From Microbacterium sp. (GTDB taxonomy: Bacteria > Actinomycetota > Actinomycetes > Actinomycetales > Microbacteriaceae): DNA of 64,000 bases. This document shows positions 34,968 to 44,067 of this stretch, in pieces. The notes under the pieces were generated by a model. That model searched no databases. It saw only the letters and a program-made list of their open reading frames with translations, and was not told where the DNA came from. Within the stretch, counting starts at the first letter, position 1. The number at the start of each line of letters is the position of its first letter. The translations under genes and the position numbers were made by a program. The stretch covers positions 121,354 through 185,353 of the forward strand of contig QFPM01000004.1 in NCBI GenBank assembly GCA_003248655.1, in the 5' to 3' direction.

Positions 34968-36071
34968 GTGACCCCCGCGACACCCGCGACCCCGCGCGAA
35001 CCCACCGCGGCCGACCGTCGGCGGTGGGCGCGTTACCTCGCCGATGAACGCGCCGAGGCCCAGGTCTACCGGAGTCTCGCCGAGCGCCGCACGGGCGAGG
35101 AGCGCGAGATCCTGCTCGCTCTCGCCGAGGCGGAAGGTCGGCACGAGGCGCACTGGCTCGAGCTGCTCGGTGGCGAACCCGCGCGCCTGCCACGGCCCAG
35201 CCTCGGATCGCGCGTGCTCGGCTGGATGGCCGCGCGTTTCGGCTCGATCTTCGTGCTCGCGCTCGCGCAGAACGCCGAGGGGCGTTCACCTTATGACAGC
35301 GAGCCCTTCGCCACGCCCCGCATGGTCGCCGACGAGAAGATCCATCACGAGGTCGTGCGCGGCCTCGCGGCGCGCGGGCGGCGTCGCCTGTCGGGCACCT
35401 TCCGCGCGGCGGTGTTCGGCGCGAACGATGGTCTCGTCTCGAACCTCGCCCTCGTCATGGGCATCGGCGCGACCGGGGTCGCTCCGCAGTTCGTGCTGTT
35501 CAGCGGCGTTGCGGGCCTCCTCGCAGGGGCGCTGTCGATGGGGGCGGGCGAGTTCGTCTCGGTGCGCTCGCAGCGCGAGCTGTTGGATGCCACGGAGCCC
35601 AGCAACTTCGGGGACGAGGTCCTGCCCGACCTCGATCTCGACGCGAACGAACTCGCGCTCGTCTACCGGACGCGCGGGATGAGCCAGGAGGAGGCTCTCA
35701 CGGCGGCGCACCTCGTGATCAGCGCCGCCCAGGCATCCGATCGTTCCGTGCCGTATCGCCGGGCGCCCGAGCAGTCGGGGGAGCACGAGACGGTCGGCAG
35801 CGCCCTGGGCGCCGCGGGGTCGAGCTTCCTGTTCTTTGCGTCGGGTGCGATCATCCCGGTGCTCCCGTGGATCTTCGGACTGAGCGGGACGCCCGCGGTC
35901 ATCCTCGCACTCGTCCTCGTGGGCATCGCGCTTCTTGCGACCGGTGCGATGGTCGGCCTGCTGTCCGGCGCGCCGCCGCTGAAGCGGGGGCTCCGCCAGC
36001 TCGCGATCGGCTTCGGCGCGGCGGCGATCACGTACGCCCTCGGCCTGCTGTTCGGGGTGTCCGCGGCGTAG
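34968..36071 (+). CDS. VIT1/CCC1 family iron/manganese transporter with N-terminal ferritin-like domain
   Basis: Ferritin-like E..H pairs (EAEGRHEAHW, DEKIHHE), then the VIT motif GANDGLVSN and 5 TM segments. Confidence 0.8.
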   Translation: MTPATPATPREPTAADRRRWARYLADERAEAQVYRSLAERRTGEEREILLALAEAEGRHEAHWLELLGGEPARLPRPSLGSRVLGWMAARFGSIFVLALAQNAEGRSPYDSEPFATPRMVADEKIHHEVVRGLAARGRRRLSGTFRAAVFGANDGLVSNLALVMGIGATGVAPQFVLFSGVAGLLAGALSMGAGEFVSVRSQRELLDATEPSNFGDEVLPDLDLDANELALVYRTRGMSQEEALTAAHLVISAAQASDRSVPYRRAPEQSGEHETVGSALGAAGSSFLFFASGAIIPVLPWIFGLSGTPAVILALVLVGIALLATGAMVGLLSGAPPLKRGLRQLAIGFGAAAITYALGLLFGVSAA

Positions 36072-36155
36072 CGCGGCCACGCGGGACGCGATTGGTCGTC
36101 ATCGCGCGCGACGTGGTAATGTCGATCCTCGGTTGCGAAACCGGAGTCATCACTT

Positions 36156-36240
36156 GCGCGGGTGGCGGAATAGGTAGACGCGCTAGCTTGAGGTGCTAGT
36201 GCCCGTATAGGGCGTGGGGGTTCAAGTCCCCCCTCGCGCA
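36156..36240 (+). tRNA. tRNA-Leu (anticodon GAG)
   Basis: Manual fold. Acceptor GCGCGGG/CTCGCGC, anticodon stem CTAGC/GCTAG with loop TTGAGGT, a long variable arm, T-arm GGGGG-TTCAAGT-CCCCC, and discriminator A. CCA is not encoded. Confidence 0.9.
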
Positions 36241-36248
36241 CAGAACGA

Positions 36249-36295
36249 AAACAGCCCCTCACCTGGGATTTTATGATCAAGGTGAGGGGCTGTTT
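36249..36295 (+). terminator. 15-bp stem-loop immediately downstream of tRNA-Leu
   Basis: AAACAGCCCCTCACC - 17 nt - GGTGAGGGGCTGTTT. Confidence 0.55.
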
Positions 36296-36403
36296 CATTG
36301 GTAGGGCGCGCGCCCTTGTTCACCCCACCGTGAGATTCGCGATCCGGCTAGTCATCCCGCGATCTGCTCGACCGCATTCTTTTGTGTTCGGGGTGATGCG
36401 GAG

Positions 36404-36418
36404 TAGGATTGAGTCCTA
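36404..36418. promoter_or_regulatory. candidate ParD operator palindrome
   Basis: TAGGAttgagTCCTA lies 20 nt upstream of the parD ATG. RHH antitoxins usually autoregulate at such palindromes. Confidence 0.3.
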
Positions 36419-36437
36419 TCGGAAGCGAGACTCGATC

Positions 36438-36722
36438 ATGCGCACGACAAAGCAGCTCAGCATCACACTCCCGACGAACATGGCCGAGGCGCTGAAGGAG
36501 CGTGTGGCCTCCGGCGCCTACGCGAGCGAGAGCGAGGTCGTCCGCGACGGACTGCGCGCCCTGTTCGCCCGCGACGAAGCCGTCGAATCCTGGTTACGCA
36601 CCGAGGTCGTCGCCTCCTACGACGAGCTACGCGCCGATTCGTCGCGGGCGATCAGCGCCGCCGACTTGCGCGCCCACCTCGCTGAGCTGCACGCGCAACG
36701 GCTCGCGGACCGCGACTCGTGA
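36438..36722 (+). CDS. parD: type II antitoxin, ParD family (ribbon-helix-helix)
   Basis: LSITLPTNMAEALKERVASGAYASESEVVRDGLRAL RHH/COG3609 pattern. 4-nt overlap with the toxin gene. Confidence 0.8.
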   Translation: MRTTKQLSITLPTNMAEALKERVASGAYASESEVVRDGLRALFARDEAVESWLRTEVVASYDELRADSSRAISAADLRAHLAELHAQRLADRDS

Positions 36723-37033
36723 CCCGGAGCGTCGTCTACTCGCCGCGCGCCAGGCAACAGCTCACCGACCTTTACCTATGGATCGCGGAGCAGTCCGGCT
36801 TCCCGCACCGTACGGAGGGGTACGTTGCCGAGATTTTCGACTTCTGCGACGGCCTTGCCGAGTTCCCTCTGATCGGCCTGGCCCGGGATGATCTGCGGCC
36901 GGGGCTTCGGGTCGTCGGGTTCCGCCACCGCGCCGTCATCGCCTTCGCCGTCCACGAAGCGACGGTTGAGATCCACGGCGTGTACTACGGCGGCCAGGAC
37001 TACGAAGCCCTCGTCGCGGTGGAGGATGCCTGA
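36719..37033 (+). CDS. parE: type II toxin, ParE/RelE family
   Basis: 104 aa. The pattern Y..RA..QL..L...I is ParE-like. The GTG start overlaps the parD stop. Confidence 0.8.
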   Translation: MTRSVVYSPRARQQLTDLYLWIAEQSGFPHRTEGYVAEIFDFCDGLAEFPLIGLARDDLRPGLRVVGFRHRAVIAFAVHEATVEIHGVYYGGQDYEALVAVEDA

Positions 37034-37096
37034 CGTCTATCCGCTTGGACGCGAGCCGATCGAGTACGACGTGACGGGCGGCACCGGGCATCCGGG

Positions 37097-37102
37097 TAGC
37101 GT
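37097..37102 (+). promoter_or_regulatory. candidate -10 hexamer (TAGCGT), leaderless spacing
   Basis: 6 nt upstream of the ATG at 37109. Confidence 0.4.
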
Positions 37103-37108
37103 GGGGGC

Positions 37109-38407
37109 ATGTCCGAGCCAGACCTTCCCGAGGTGGCGCGCATCGCGCGCGACCTGATCCGATTCGACACGACGAATTACGGGGAGGGCCGCTCGCACGG
37201 CGAGCGCGAGGCCGCCGAGTACGTCGGTAGGTTCCTCGAGTCGCTCGGCCTGACTCCCGAGTACTACGAGCCGATCCCGCGCCGCACGAACGTGCTGGCG
37301 CGCGTGCCCGGCCGCGACCCGAACAAGCCGGCGCTCGTGCTCCACGGCCACCTCGACGTCGTGCCTGCCGTCGCGGACGACTGGAGCGTCGACCCGTTCG
37401 AGGGCGTCGTGAAGGACGGGATGCTGTGGGGCCGCGGCGCCGTCGACATGAAGGACATGGATGCCATGATCCTGGCATCCGTCGCAGAGCTCCTGCGCGC
37501 GGGGGAGCAGCCCGAGCGCGACCTCGTGCTCGTCTTCTTCGCCGACGAGGAGAACGGCGGCGTGGAAGGCTCGCAGCTCGTCGTCCGCGATCGCGCGGAG
37601 TGGTTCGCAGGCGCGACCGAAGCGATCAGCGAGGTCGGCGGGTACTCCATTGGCGTCGGTGACGGGCGTGCGTACCTGCTGCAGGTGGGCGAGAAGGCGC
37701 TCGTCTGGCTGCGGCTGCGCGCCCGCGGCACCGCGGGCCACGGCAGCCGTTTCCATCCCGATAACGCGGTCACCCGGCTCGCCGAGGCGGTCGCCGCGCT
37801 CGGCCGCACCTCGTGGCCGATCGAGCTCACCGGCACGACGCGCCAGACGGTCGACGGACTCGCGGCCATCTGCGGGCTCGGCGAGGGCGCCGATCCCGAC
37901 ACCGTCGCCGAGGCGACCGGCCCGGCATCCGGGTTCTTGCGGTCGACCTTCCGCACGACGACGAACCCGACGGGGCTCACGGCGGGCTACAAGCACAACG
38001 TCATCCCCGACGCGGCCGTCGCGACGATCGATGTACGCACGCTCCCCGGTCAGGAGGATGCCGTCCTCGCCGAGATCCAGGGCATCGTCGGCGACGACAT
38101 CGTGATCGACATCTCGCACCGCGACATCGGGCTCGAGGTGCCGTTCGCGGGCGAGCTCGTCGAGGCGATGGTGGGTGCGCTCGGGCGGCACGATCCTGGC
38201 GTCCCGGTTGTCCCGTACCTGATGGGCGGCGGCACCGACAACAAGGCGCTCGCCGAGCTCGGCATCGCCGGATACGGCTTCGCGCCGTTGCGGCTTCCGG
38301 CAGACCTCGACTTCACGGGTATGTTCCATGGAGTGGATGAGCGCGTCCCGATCGATGCTCTCGTGTTCGGGCAGCGCGTGCTGACCGACCTGCTCCGCAC
38401 GTACTGA
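37109..38407 (+). CDS. M20/M25/M40 family metallopeptidase
   Basis: HGHLDVVP, GRGAVDMK, and EENGG metal-binding motifs. Confidence 0.85.
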   Translation: MSEPDLPEVARIARDLIRFDTTNYGEGRSHGEREAAEYVGRFLESLGLTPEYYEPIPRRTNVLARVPGRDPNKPALVLHGHLDVVPAVADDWSVDPFEGVVKDGMLWGRGAVDMKDMDAMILASVAELLRAGEQPERDLVLVFFADEENGGVEGSQLVVRDRAEWFAGATEAISEVGGYSIGVGDGRAYLLQVGEKALVWLRLRARGTAGHGSRFHPDNAVTRLAEAVAALGRTSWPIELTGTTRQTVDGLAAICGLGEGADPDTVAEATGPASGFLRSTFRTTTNPTGLTAGYKHNVIPDAAVATIDVRTLPGQEDAVLAEIQGIVGDDIVIDISHRDIGLEVPFAGELVEAMVGALGRHDPGVPVVPYLMGGGTDNKALAELGIAGYGFAPLRLPADLDFTGMFHGVDERVPIDALVFGQRVLTDLLRTY

Positions 38408-38440
38408 GCCCCACCCTGCATCCGTTCTGAAAGGCCGCGC

Positions 38441-39271
38441 ATGCTGTTCGACGCGATCATCCTCGGCATCGTCCAGGGCCTGACCGAGTTCCTGCCGATC
38501 TCCTCGAGCGCGCACCTGCGCATCGTCGGCGAGTTCCTGCCGTCGGCCGAGGACCCCGGTGCGACCTTCACTGCGATCACGCAGATCGGCACCGAGCTGG
38601 CGGTGCTTGTCTACTTCTGGAAGAAGATCGTCCGCATCATCGGACGCTGGTTCCGCTCGCTCACCGGCGCGGTTCCGCGCAACGACCCGGATGCACGCAT
38701 GGGCTGGATCATCATCATCGGCACGCTCCCGATCGTCATCCTCGGGTTCCTCTTCCAGGACGTCATCCGCGATACGTTCCGAAACCTCTGGCTCGTCGCG
38801 ATCGTGCTGATCGTGTTCGGCCTCATCCTCGGAGCGGCGGATGCCCTCGGCCGCCGCACCCGCGAAGAGCGCGACCTGACCTATCCGCACGGGCTCGCGC
38901 TCGGCGCGGCGCAGGCCCTCGCCCTCATCCCCGGCGTCTCCCGCTCGGGCGCGACGACGACGATGGGTCTCGCGCTCGGCTACACGCGGCCTGCCGCCGC
39001 CGAGGTCGCGTTCCTGCTCGCCGTGCCAGCGGTGTTCGGCAGTGGGCTCTACGAGCTGTACCACGCGATCAAAGAACCCGGCTCGGCGGTTTTCACGGGC
39101 GTCGAGACCCTCGTCGCCACCGTCGTCGCCTTCGCCGTCGGTCTCGCCGTGATCGCGTTCCTCATGCGGTACCTCAAGCGCGGCAGCTTCCTGCCGTTCG
39201 TCGTCTACCGCGTCGTTCTCGGCATCGTGCTGATCGCCCTACTCAGCCTCGGGGTGCTCCAGGCCTACTGA
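38441..39271 (+). CDS. uppP: undecaprenyl-diphosphate phosphatase
   Basis: [11 protein letters not shown] and [10 protein letters not shown] motifs. 8 TM segments. Confidence 0.9.
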   Translation: MLFDAIILGIVQGLTEFLPISSSAHLRIVGEFLPSAEDPGATFTAITQIGTELAVLVYFWKKIVRIIGRWFRSLTGAVPRNDPDARMGWIIIIGTLPIVILGFLFQDVIRDTFRNLWLVAIVLIVFGLILGAADALGRRTREERDLTYPHGLALGAAQALALIPGVSRSGATTTMGLALGYTRPAAAEVAFLLAVPAVFGSGLYELYHAIKEPGSAVFTGVETLVATVVAFAVGLAVIAFLMRYLKRGSFLPFVVYRVVLGIVLIALLSLGVLQAY

Positions 39272-39278
39272 CCCGCGT

Positions 39279-39343
39279 GAGAAACCACTGTGCGCCTGAG
39301 AAACCACGGCGCGCCTGGTTTCTCAGGCGGCGAGTGGTTTCTC
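39279..39343. repeat. nested double palindrome built from GAGAAACCAC / GTGGTTTCTC (family copy 2)
   Basis: GAGAAACCAC(39279) ... TGAGAAACCAC(39297) ... TGGTTTCTCA(39316) ... GTGGTTTCTC(39334). Same 65-nt architecture as 12468..12532. It lies between convergent uppP and the PAC2 gene. Confidence 0.75.
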
Positions 39344-39374
39344 GCGAGACCTGACGCGCGGCGAGTGCGGCGCG

Positions 39375-40277
39375 CTACGACCGGCGCGGGCCTTCGGGGC
39401 CGAAGCCGCCGGGCCCCTTCGATCCGTCGCCGCCGCCGCGGCGGAGGTACCGCTCGAACTCCTGCGCGATCGCATCGCCCGACGCCTCGGGCGAGTCCCC
39501 CGTGTCGCGGGTCTGCTCGAGCTGATGGATGTACTCGGTCATCTCCTCGTCATCCGACGCGGCGGCATCGATGGATGCCTCCCACGCGAGCGCCTCGGCG
39601 GGCAGCTCTCCGCGCGGGATGACCGCGCCGGTGATCTCCGACAGTCGGTCGACCAGGGCCAGAGTCGCCTTGGGCGAGGGCGTGTGGCCCGCGACGTAAT
39701 GCGGCACGCTCGCCCAGAGGGCCGCGCACGGGATGCCGGCGGCCTCGGAGGCCGCGGAGAGGATCGTGAGGATGCCGGCCGGCCCCTCGTACGTCGGCTT
39801 CTCGAGCCCGAGGGCGGTGCGAAGCGCCTCGTTCTCGCTCCCCGCGAAGACCGAGATGGGCCGCGTGTGCGGCACGTCGGACATCATCGAGCCGAGTGCG
39901 ACCATGCCCGTGATGTCCTCCTGCAACGCCGCGTCGATGATCTCGCCGACGAACGCCTGCCAGGCCCTGGCCGGCTCGTATCCCGACAGCAGCCAGAGTC
40001 GCGTGCCGTCTGGCTCGGGAGAGGCGGGGTGCAGGGGGCGCCAGAGCGTCGCATCGGGCCAAACGATGCTGCGAGCGCCGTCGGCATCCATCCGCACCTG
40101 CGGGCGCGTGTACTGGTAGTCGAAGTAGAGCTCGGGATCGACGGCGAACACCTCGCGGTAGGCACCGGACTCGCGGACGTGCGCGACAGCGGCCGAGGCG
40201 GCCTCGCCCGCGTCGTTCCACCCGTCGAAGGCGACCACGAGAACCCGCTGACCCAGTTCGTCCACACCGCTCCTCAT
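39375..40277 (-). CDS. PAC2 (proteasome assembly chaperone 2-like) family protein
   Basis: LVVAFDGWNDAGEAAS N-terminal motif. In-frame ATG at 40277. Confidence 0.8.
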   Translation of the reverse strand: MRSGVDELGQRVLVVAFDGWNDAGEAASAAVAHVRESGAYREVFAVDPELYFDYQYTRPQVRMDADGARSIVWPDATLWRPLHPASPEPDGTRLWLLSGYEPARAWQAFVGEIIDAALQEDITGMVALGSMMSDVPHTRPISVFAGSENEALRTALGLEKPTYEGPAGILTILSAASEAAGIPCAALWASVPHYVAGHTPSPKATLALVDRLSEITGAVIPRGELPAEALAWEASIDAAASDDEEMTEYIHQLEQTRDTGDSPEASGDAIAQEFERYLRRGGGDGSKGPGGFGPEGPRRS

Positions 40278-40351
40278 CGTTCGTGAACCGTTGCCCCCAC
40301 GATACGCGTCGCGCCGCGGGCGCGGGCGCGACGACGCCGTAGCATGGAGGG

Positions 40352-41047
40352 ATGAGCTCCTCGGCATCCACCTCTGCGATGCCGAAGGCGGTCCTGTGGG
40401 ACATGGACGGGACCCTCGTCAACACCGAGCGGTACTGGATGGCCGCCGAGACGGCGCTCGTCGAGAGCTTCGGCGGCACGTGGACGCACGAGCAGGCGCT
40501 GACTCTCGTCGGCAAAGGTCTCGAGACGTCGGCGGCGATCCTGCAGGATGCCGGCGTGCGCATGAGTTCGCACGAGATTGTCGAGCATCTGACCGCCGAG
40601 GTGATGGACGCCCTCGTCGAGCTCGGCCCGCCCCTTCGTCCGGGCGCGCTCGAGTTGCTGACTGCACTGAGGGCCGAAGGTGTGCCGTGCGCTCTCGTCA
40701 CGATGTCGTTGCGGCGCATGGCCGAGCAGGTCGTGGCCGCGCTGCCGGACGGCACGTTCGACCTCATCGTGTCGGGCGACGACGCGACCCGGCCCAAACC
40801 ATTCCCTGACGCGTACCTGCAGGCGTGCGCGGGCCTCGGGATCGAGCCGCGCGACGCCGTCGCGATCGAGGACTCGCCGACAGGAGTGCGTTCGGCCGTC
40901 ACGGCGGGCGTCGCGACGATCGGCGTGCCGCTCATGGTTTCGCTCGAGGGCACCGGCGCGCACGCGCTGTGGCCGACGCTCGAGGGTCGCACCCCTTCCG
41001 GCATCGCCGACTTCCACGCGGCGCGCGGCGCGAAAGGCACCGAATGA
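40352..41047 (+). CDS. HAD family hydrolase
   Basis: Motif I DMDGTLVNTE and motif IV-like EDSPTG. Confidence 0.8.
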   Translation: MSSSASTSAMPKAVLWDMDGTLVNTERYWMAAETALVESFGGTWTHEQALTLVGKGLETSAAILQDAGVRMSSHEIVEHLTAEVMDALVELGPPLRPGALELLTALRAEGVPCALVTMSLRRMAEQVVAALPDGTFDLIVSGDDATRPKPFPDAYLQACAGLGIEPRDAVAIEDSPTGVRSAVTAGVATIGVPLMVSLEGTGAHALWPTLEGRTPSGIADFHAARGAKGTE

Positions 41048-42090
41048 CGACCGACCCGACCGGCGACGCCGCTGTCGACCAGCGCCCGCGCGGCCCGTTC
41101 CGCATCGGCGACCGCGTGCAGCTCACCGGCCCCAAGGGTCGCCTGCACACCGTGACGCTCCGCGAGGGCGGCGAGCTGCACACCCACCACGGCGTACTGC
41201 GGCACGCGGTGATCGTGGGTCAGCCCGACGGCTCGGTCGTGACCAACTCGGGCGGGCATGAGTACCTGGCGCTGCGCCCGCTGCTGCGCGATTTCGTCAT
41301 GTCGATGCCGCGCGGGGCGGCGATCGTCTACCCGAAGGATGCCGCGCAGATCCTCGCGGTCGCCGACATCTTCCCCGGCGCGACGGTCGTCGAGGCGGGC
41401 GTCGGCTCCGGCGCGCTGTCGCTGTGGCTGCTGCGTGCGATCGGCGTCGAGGGGCGCCTCGTCTCGTTCGAGCGGCGCGCGGAGTTCGCCGAGGTTGCCG
41501 CCGCGAACGTCGAGACGTTCCTCGGGCAGGCTCCCGCGAACTGGAGCATCGTCGTCGGCGACCTCGCCGAAGAACTCCCCGGAGCGGCCGAACCCGGCAC
41601 GGTCGACCGGGTCGTGCTCGACATGCTCGCACCGTGGGAGTGCATCGACGTCGTCGCCGATGCACTCGCTCCCGGCGGCGTCGTCATCTGCTACGTGGCG
41701 ACAGCGACCCAGCTGAGCCGCGTCGCCGAGTACCTGCGCGGCACGGGCCTGTTCACCGACCCCGAGGCGAGCGAGACGATGGTGCGCGGCTGGCACGTCG
41801 AGGGGCTCGCGGTGCGCCCCGATCACCGCATGGTCGCGCACACCGGGTTCCTCGTCTTCGCCCGTCGCCTCGCGCCGGGCGCGGTGCCGCCGGATGTTCG
41901 CAAGCGCGCCCTGAAGAAGCCGAGCTACGCCGACGCGGATGTCGAGGCGTGGACTCCGGGTGCTGTCGGTGACCGCGAGATCACCGACAAGAACCTGCGC
42001 AAGCGCGTTCGGGAGGCGCAGCGCGCGCAGAGCGGTGCTCGCCTGGCATCCGGTGCCGCCGAAGGAGACGCCGACAGCGCCGTAGACTGA
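41044..42090 (+). CDS. trmI: tRNA (adenine58-N1)-methyltransferase TrmI-like
   Basis: The ATG overlaps the upstream stop (ATGA). SAM motif EAGVGSGALS. Homolog-typical N-terminal beta domain. Confidence 0.85.
   Translation: MTTDPTGDAAVDQRPRGPFRIGDRVQLTGPKGRLHTVTLREGGELHTHHGVLRHAVIVGQPDGSVVTNSGGHEYLALRPLLRDFVMSMPRGAAIVYPKDAAQILAVADIFPGATVVEAGVGSGALSLWLLRAIGVEGRLVSFERRAEFAEVAAANVETFLGQAPANWSIVVGDLAEELPGAAEPGTVDRVVLDMLAPWECIDVVADALAPGGVVICYVATATQLSRVAEYLRGTGLFTDPEASETMVRGWHVEGLAVRPDHRMVAHTGFLVFARRLAPGAVPPDVRKRALKKPSYADADVEAWTPGAVGDREITDKNLRKRVREAQRAQSGARLASGAAEGDADSAVD
42083..42088 (+). promoter_or_regulatory. candidate -10 hexamer (TAGACT) inside the trmI 3-prime end, leaderless spacing
   Basis: 6 nt upstream of the GTG at 42095. 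Confidence 0.35.
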
Positions 42091-42094
42091 TCCG

Positions 42095-43018
42095 GTGCTT
42101 CGGATCCCTGCCGTCATCGCCGTCCTCGGCCTGTCCGCCCTGACTCTCGCGGCGTGCTCGTCTGCCCCCGCAGCCGCGAGCTGCGACCGCGTCGACTCGA
42201 CGACGTCGGCGCTGGAGCTGATCCAGCCGTCGGGTGCGCAGGGGTCGCCCGAGATCTCCCTCGACGCGCCCGTCTACGTCGACGACACCGTCTTCACCGA
42301 CGTCACGGTCGGAAACGGTCCGCGTGTCACCAGCGACGCGCAGGATGTCGTGTTCACCGTCGCCATCGCGAACGGCGCCACGGGCAAGTCGATCCTGACG
42401 TCGGGAACCCAGGTGCAGCCGCTGTCGAGCTGGCGCGAGAACTACGCCGGGCTCGCGAAGCTCATGATGTGCGCAACCGAGGGCTCGCGCATCGTCGGTG
42501 CCATTCCAGCGAGCGACCTGTCCGCCGATGCCGCGCAGAACTTCGGGGTCGCCGAGGATCAGTCGATCGCCGTGACCCTCGACCTCGACCACGTGTACCT
42601 GGCCGCCGCGGACGGCGTGCCGCAGTACAACGACCGCAGGGGAATGCCGTCGGTCGTGCTCGCGCCGGGCGGCCGCCCGGGCATCACGATCCCCGATGCG
42701 ACGCCGCCCTCCGAGCTGGCGGTGGAGCTGCTGAAGAAGGGCACGGGCGCCGCGAGCACGGACGACGACACCGTGCGCGTGCACTACACGAGCGTGTCGT
42801 GGGACACCCGCAAGGTCATCGATTCGACCTGGGAGAGCGGCGCGTCGACCGCGGTGACGCCCTCGGACTCGATCCCGTTCGCCCCCGAGCTGATCGGCGC
42901 GACCGTCGGGTCGCAGCTGCTGGTCGTCGTGCCCGGGGCATCCGAGGGCGAATCCGCGACCGTCTACGTCGTCGACATCCTCGGCATCGACCCGCCCGCG
43001 GCCGCGACGACACAGTGA
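42095..43018 (+). CDS. FKBP-type peptidyl-prolyl isomerase-like lipoprotein
   Basis: Lipobox LAAC. C-terminal FKBP-like segment (VRVHYTSVSWDTRKVIDSTWESG). Confidence 0.6.
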   Translation: MLRIPAVIAVLGLSALTLAACSSAPAAASCDRVDSTTSALELIQPSGAQGSPEISLDAPVYVDDTVFTDVTVGNGPRVTSDAQDVVFTVAIANGATGKSILTSGTQVQPLSSWRENYAGLAKLMMCATEGSRIVGAIPASDLSADAAQNFGVAEDQSIAVTLDLDHVYLAAADGVPQYNDRRGMPSVVLAPGGRPGITIPDATPPSELAVELLKKGTGAASTDDDTVRVHYTSVSWDTRKVIDSTWESGASTAVTPSDSIPFAPELIGATVGSQLLVVVPGASEGESATVYVVDILGIDPPAAATTQ

Positions 43019-43050
43019 CGTCGCGCGGCGACTGCCGCACAGCATCCGCC

Positions 43051-43056
43051 TAGGAT
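43051..43056 (+). promoter_or_regulatory. candidate -10 hexamer (TAGGAT), leaderless spacing
   Basis: 6 nt upstream of the GTG at 43063. Confidence 0.4.
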
Positions 43057-43062
43057 GGGCGG

Positions 43063-44067
43063 GTGTCCACTGAGACGTCCCGCATCGCGCCGGAGGAGCG
43101 CCTGGTGAACCTCGTCGTCGCCCTGATGGCGACCGAGCAGGGTCTCACGAAGGACACGATCCTCTCGTCGGTCTCCGGCTACCGGGAGCAGAGCTCCGGC
43201 GGTGCATCGAAGGATGCCCTGGAGAAGATGTTCGAACGCGACAAGCAGACGCTGCGCTCCCTCGGCATTCAGGTCGAGACGATCGGCGACTATGCCGACC
43301 CGGACGATCTCCGCGAAGCGCGGTACCGCATTCCGACGGCGGAATACGAGCTGCCCGCAGACATCAACTTCACGCCCGCCGAACTCGCGGTGCTCAACCT
43401 CGCCGGCGCCGTGTGGAGCGAGAGCTCGATGTCGGCCGACGCTCGCCGAGGTCTGCGCAAGATCCGTGCGCTCGGCATCGACGTCGATGAGCCGATCATC
43501 GGCTACGCGCCCCGTATCAGCCTGCGCGAGCCGTCGTTCGCGCCGCTGCAGCGGGCGATCGAGCAGGGGCGCGTCGTGCGGTTCTCGTACCTGAAGGCCG
43601 GTGAGGATGCCGCGCGTCAGCGCACCTTCCGGCCGCTCGCCCTCGTCGAGTACGAGGCGCGCTGGCACGTGTACGGCTTCGATCTCGGTCAGGACGACAC
43701 CCGGACGTTCCTGCTGTCGCGGATCGCGTCGGACGTCGAGATCACGACGACGTCGTTCGATCTCGCCGAACGCGACCACGCGGGAGAGCGGGCGCTCGCC
43801 GGGCTCGCAGCCCTCGCCGCGCGCCAGCAGGCCCTTCTCGAGGTGGCACCGGGAACCGAGGCTGCGCTGCGGCTGAGCCGGCGGGCGACGCCCGCGGAGC
43901 AGGGCATCCACGTGCCGTACGTCGACGTGCACATTTTCGCCGACGAGCTCGCGTCGTACGGCCCCGAGGTGCGGGTGGTCGAACCGGAATCCCTGCGTGA
44001 TCAGGTGATCGCGCGACTTGAGCGCGTGCTGGCGCTGCACTCCGATCAGACCGAGGATGCCGCGTGA
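43063..44067 (+). CDS. pafB: WYL-domain transcriptional regulator PafB
   Basis: HTH N-terminus and WYL domain (RFSYLKAG...RWHVYGFD). Position is upstream of pafC-tatA-tatC-helY, as in mycobacteria and streptomycetes. Confidence 0.8.
   Translation: MSTETSRIAPEERLVNLVVALMATEQGLTKDTILSSVSGYREQSSGGASKDALEKMFERDKQTLRSLGIQVETIGDYADPDDLREARYRIPTAEYELPADINFTPAELAVLNLAGAVWSESSMSADARRGLRKIRALGIDVDEPIIGYAPRISLREPSFAPLQRAIEQGRVVRFSYLKAGEDAARQRTFRPLALVEYEARWHVYGFDLGQDDTRTFLLSRIASDVEITTTSFDLAERDHAGERALAGLAALAARQQALLEVAPGTEAALRLSRRATPAEQGIHVPYVDVHIFADELASYGPEVRVVEPESLRDQVIARLERVLALHSDQTEDAA

Noticed and set aside
37085-37108. GGGTAGCGTGGGGGC could be a remnant direct repeat of the tRNA-Leu T-arm (TAGGGCGTGGGGG) marking an island att site.
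   Set aside because: The similarity is only about 11 nt. The sequence is better explained as the TAGCGT -10 box plus a 6-nt spacer of the leaderless M20 gene, the same layout seen at about 10 other genes.
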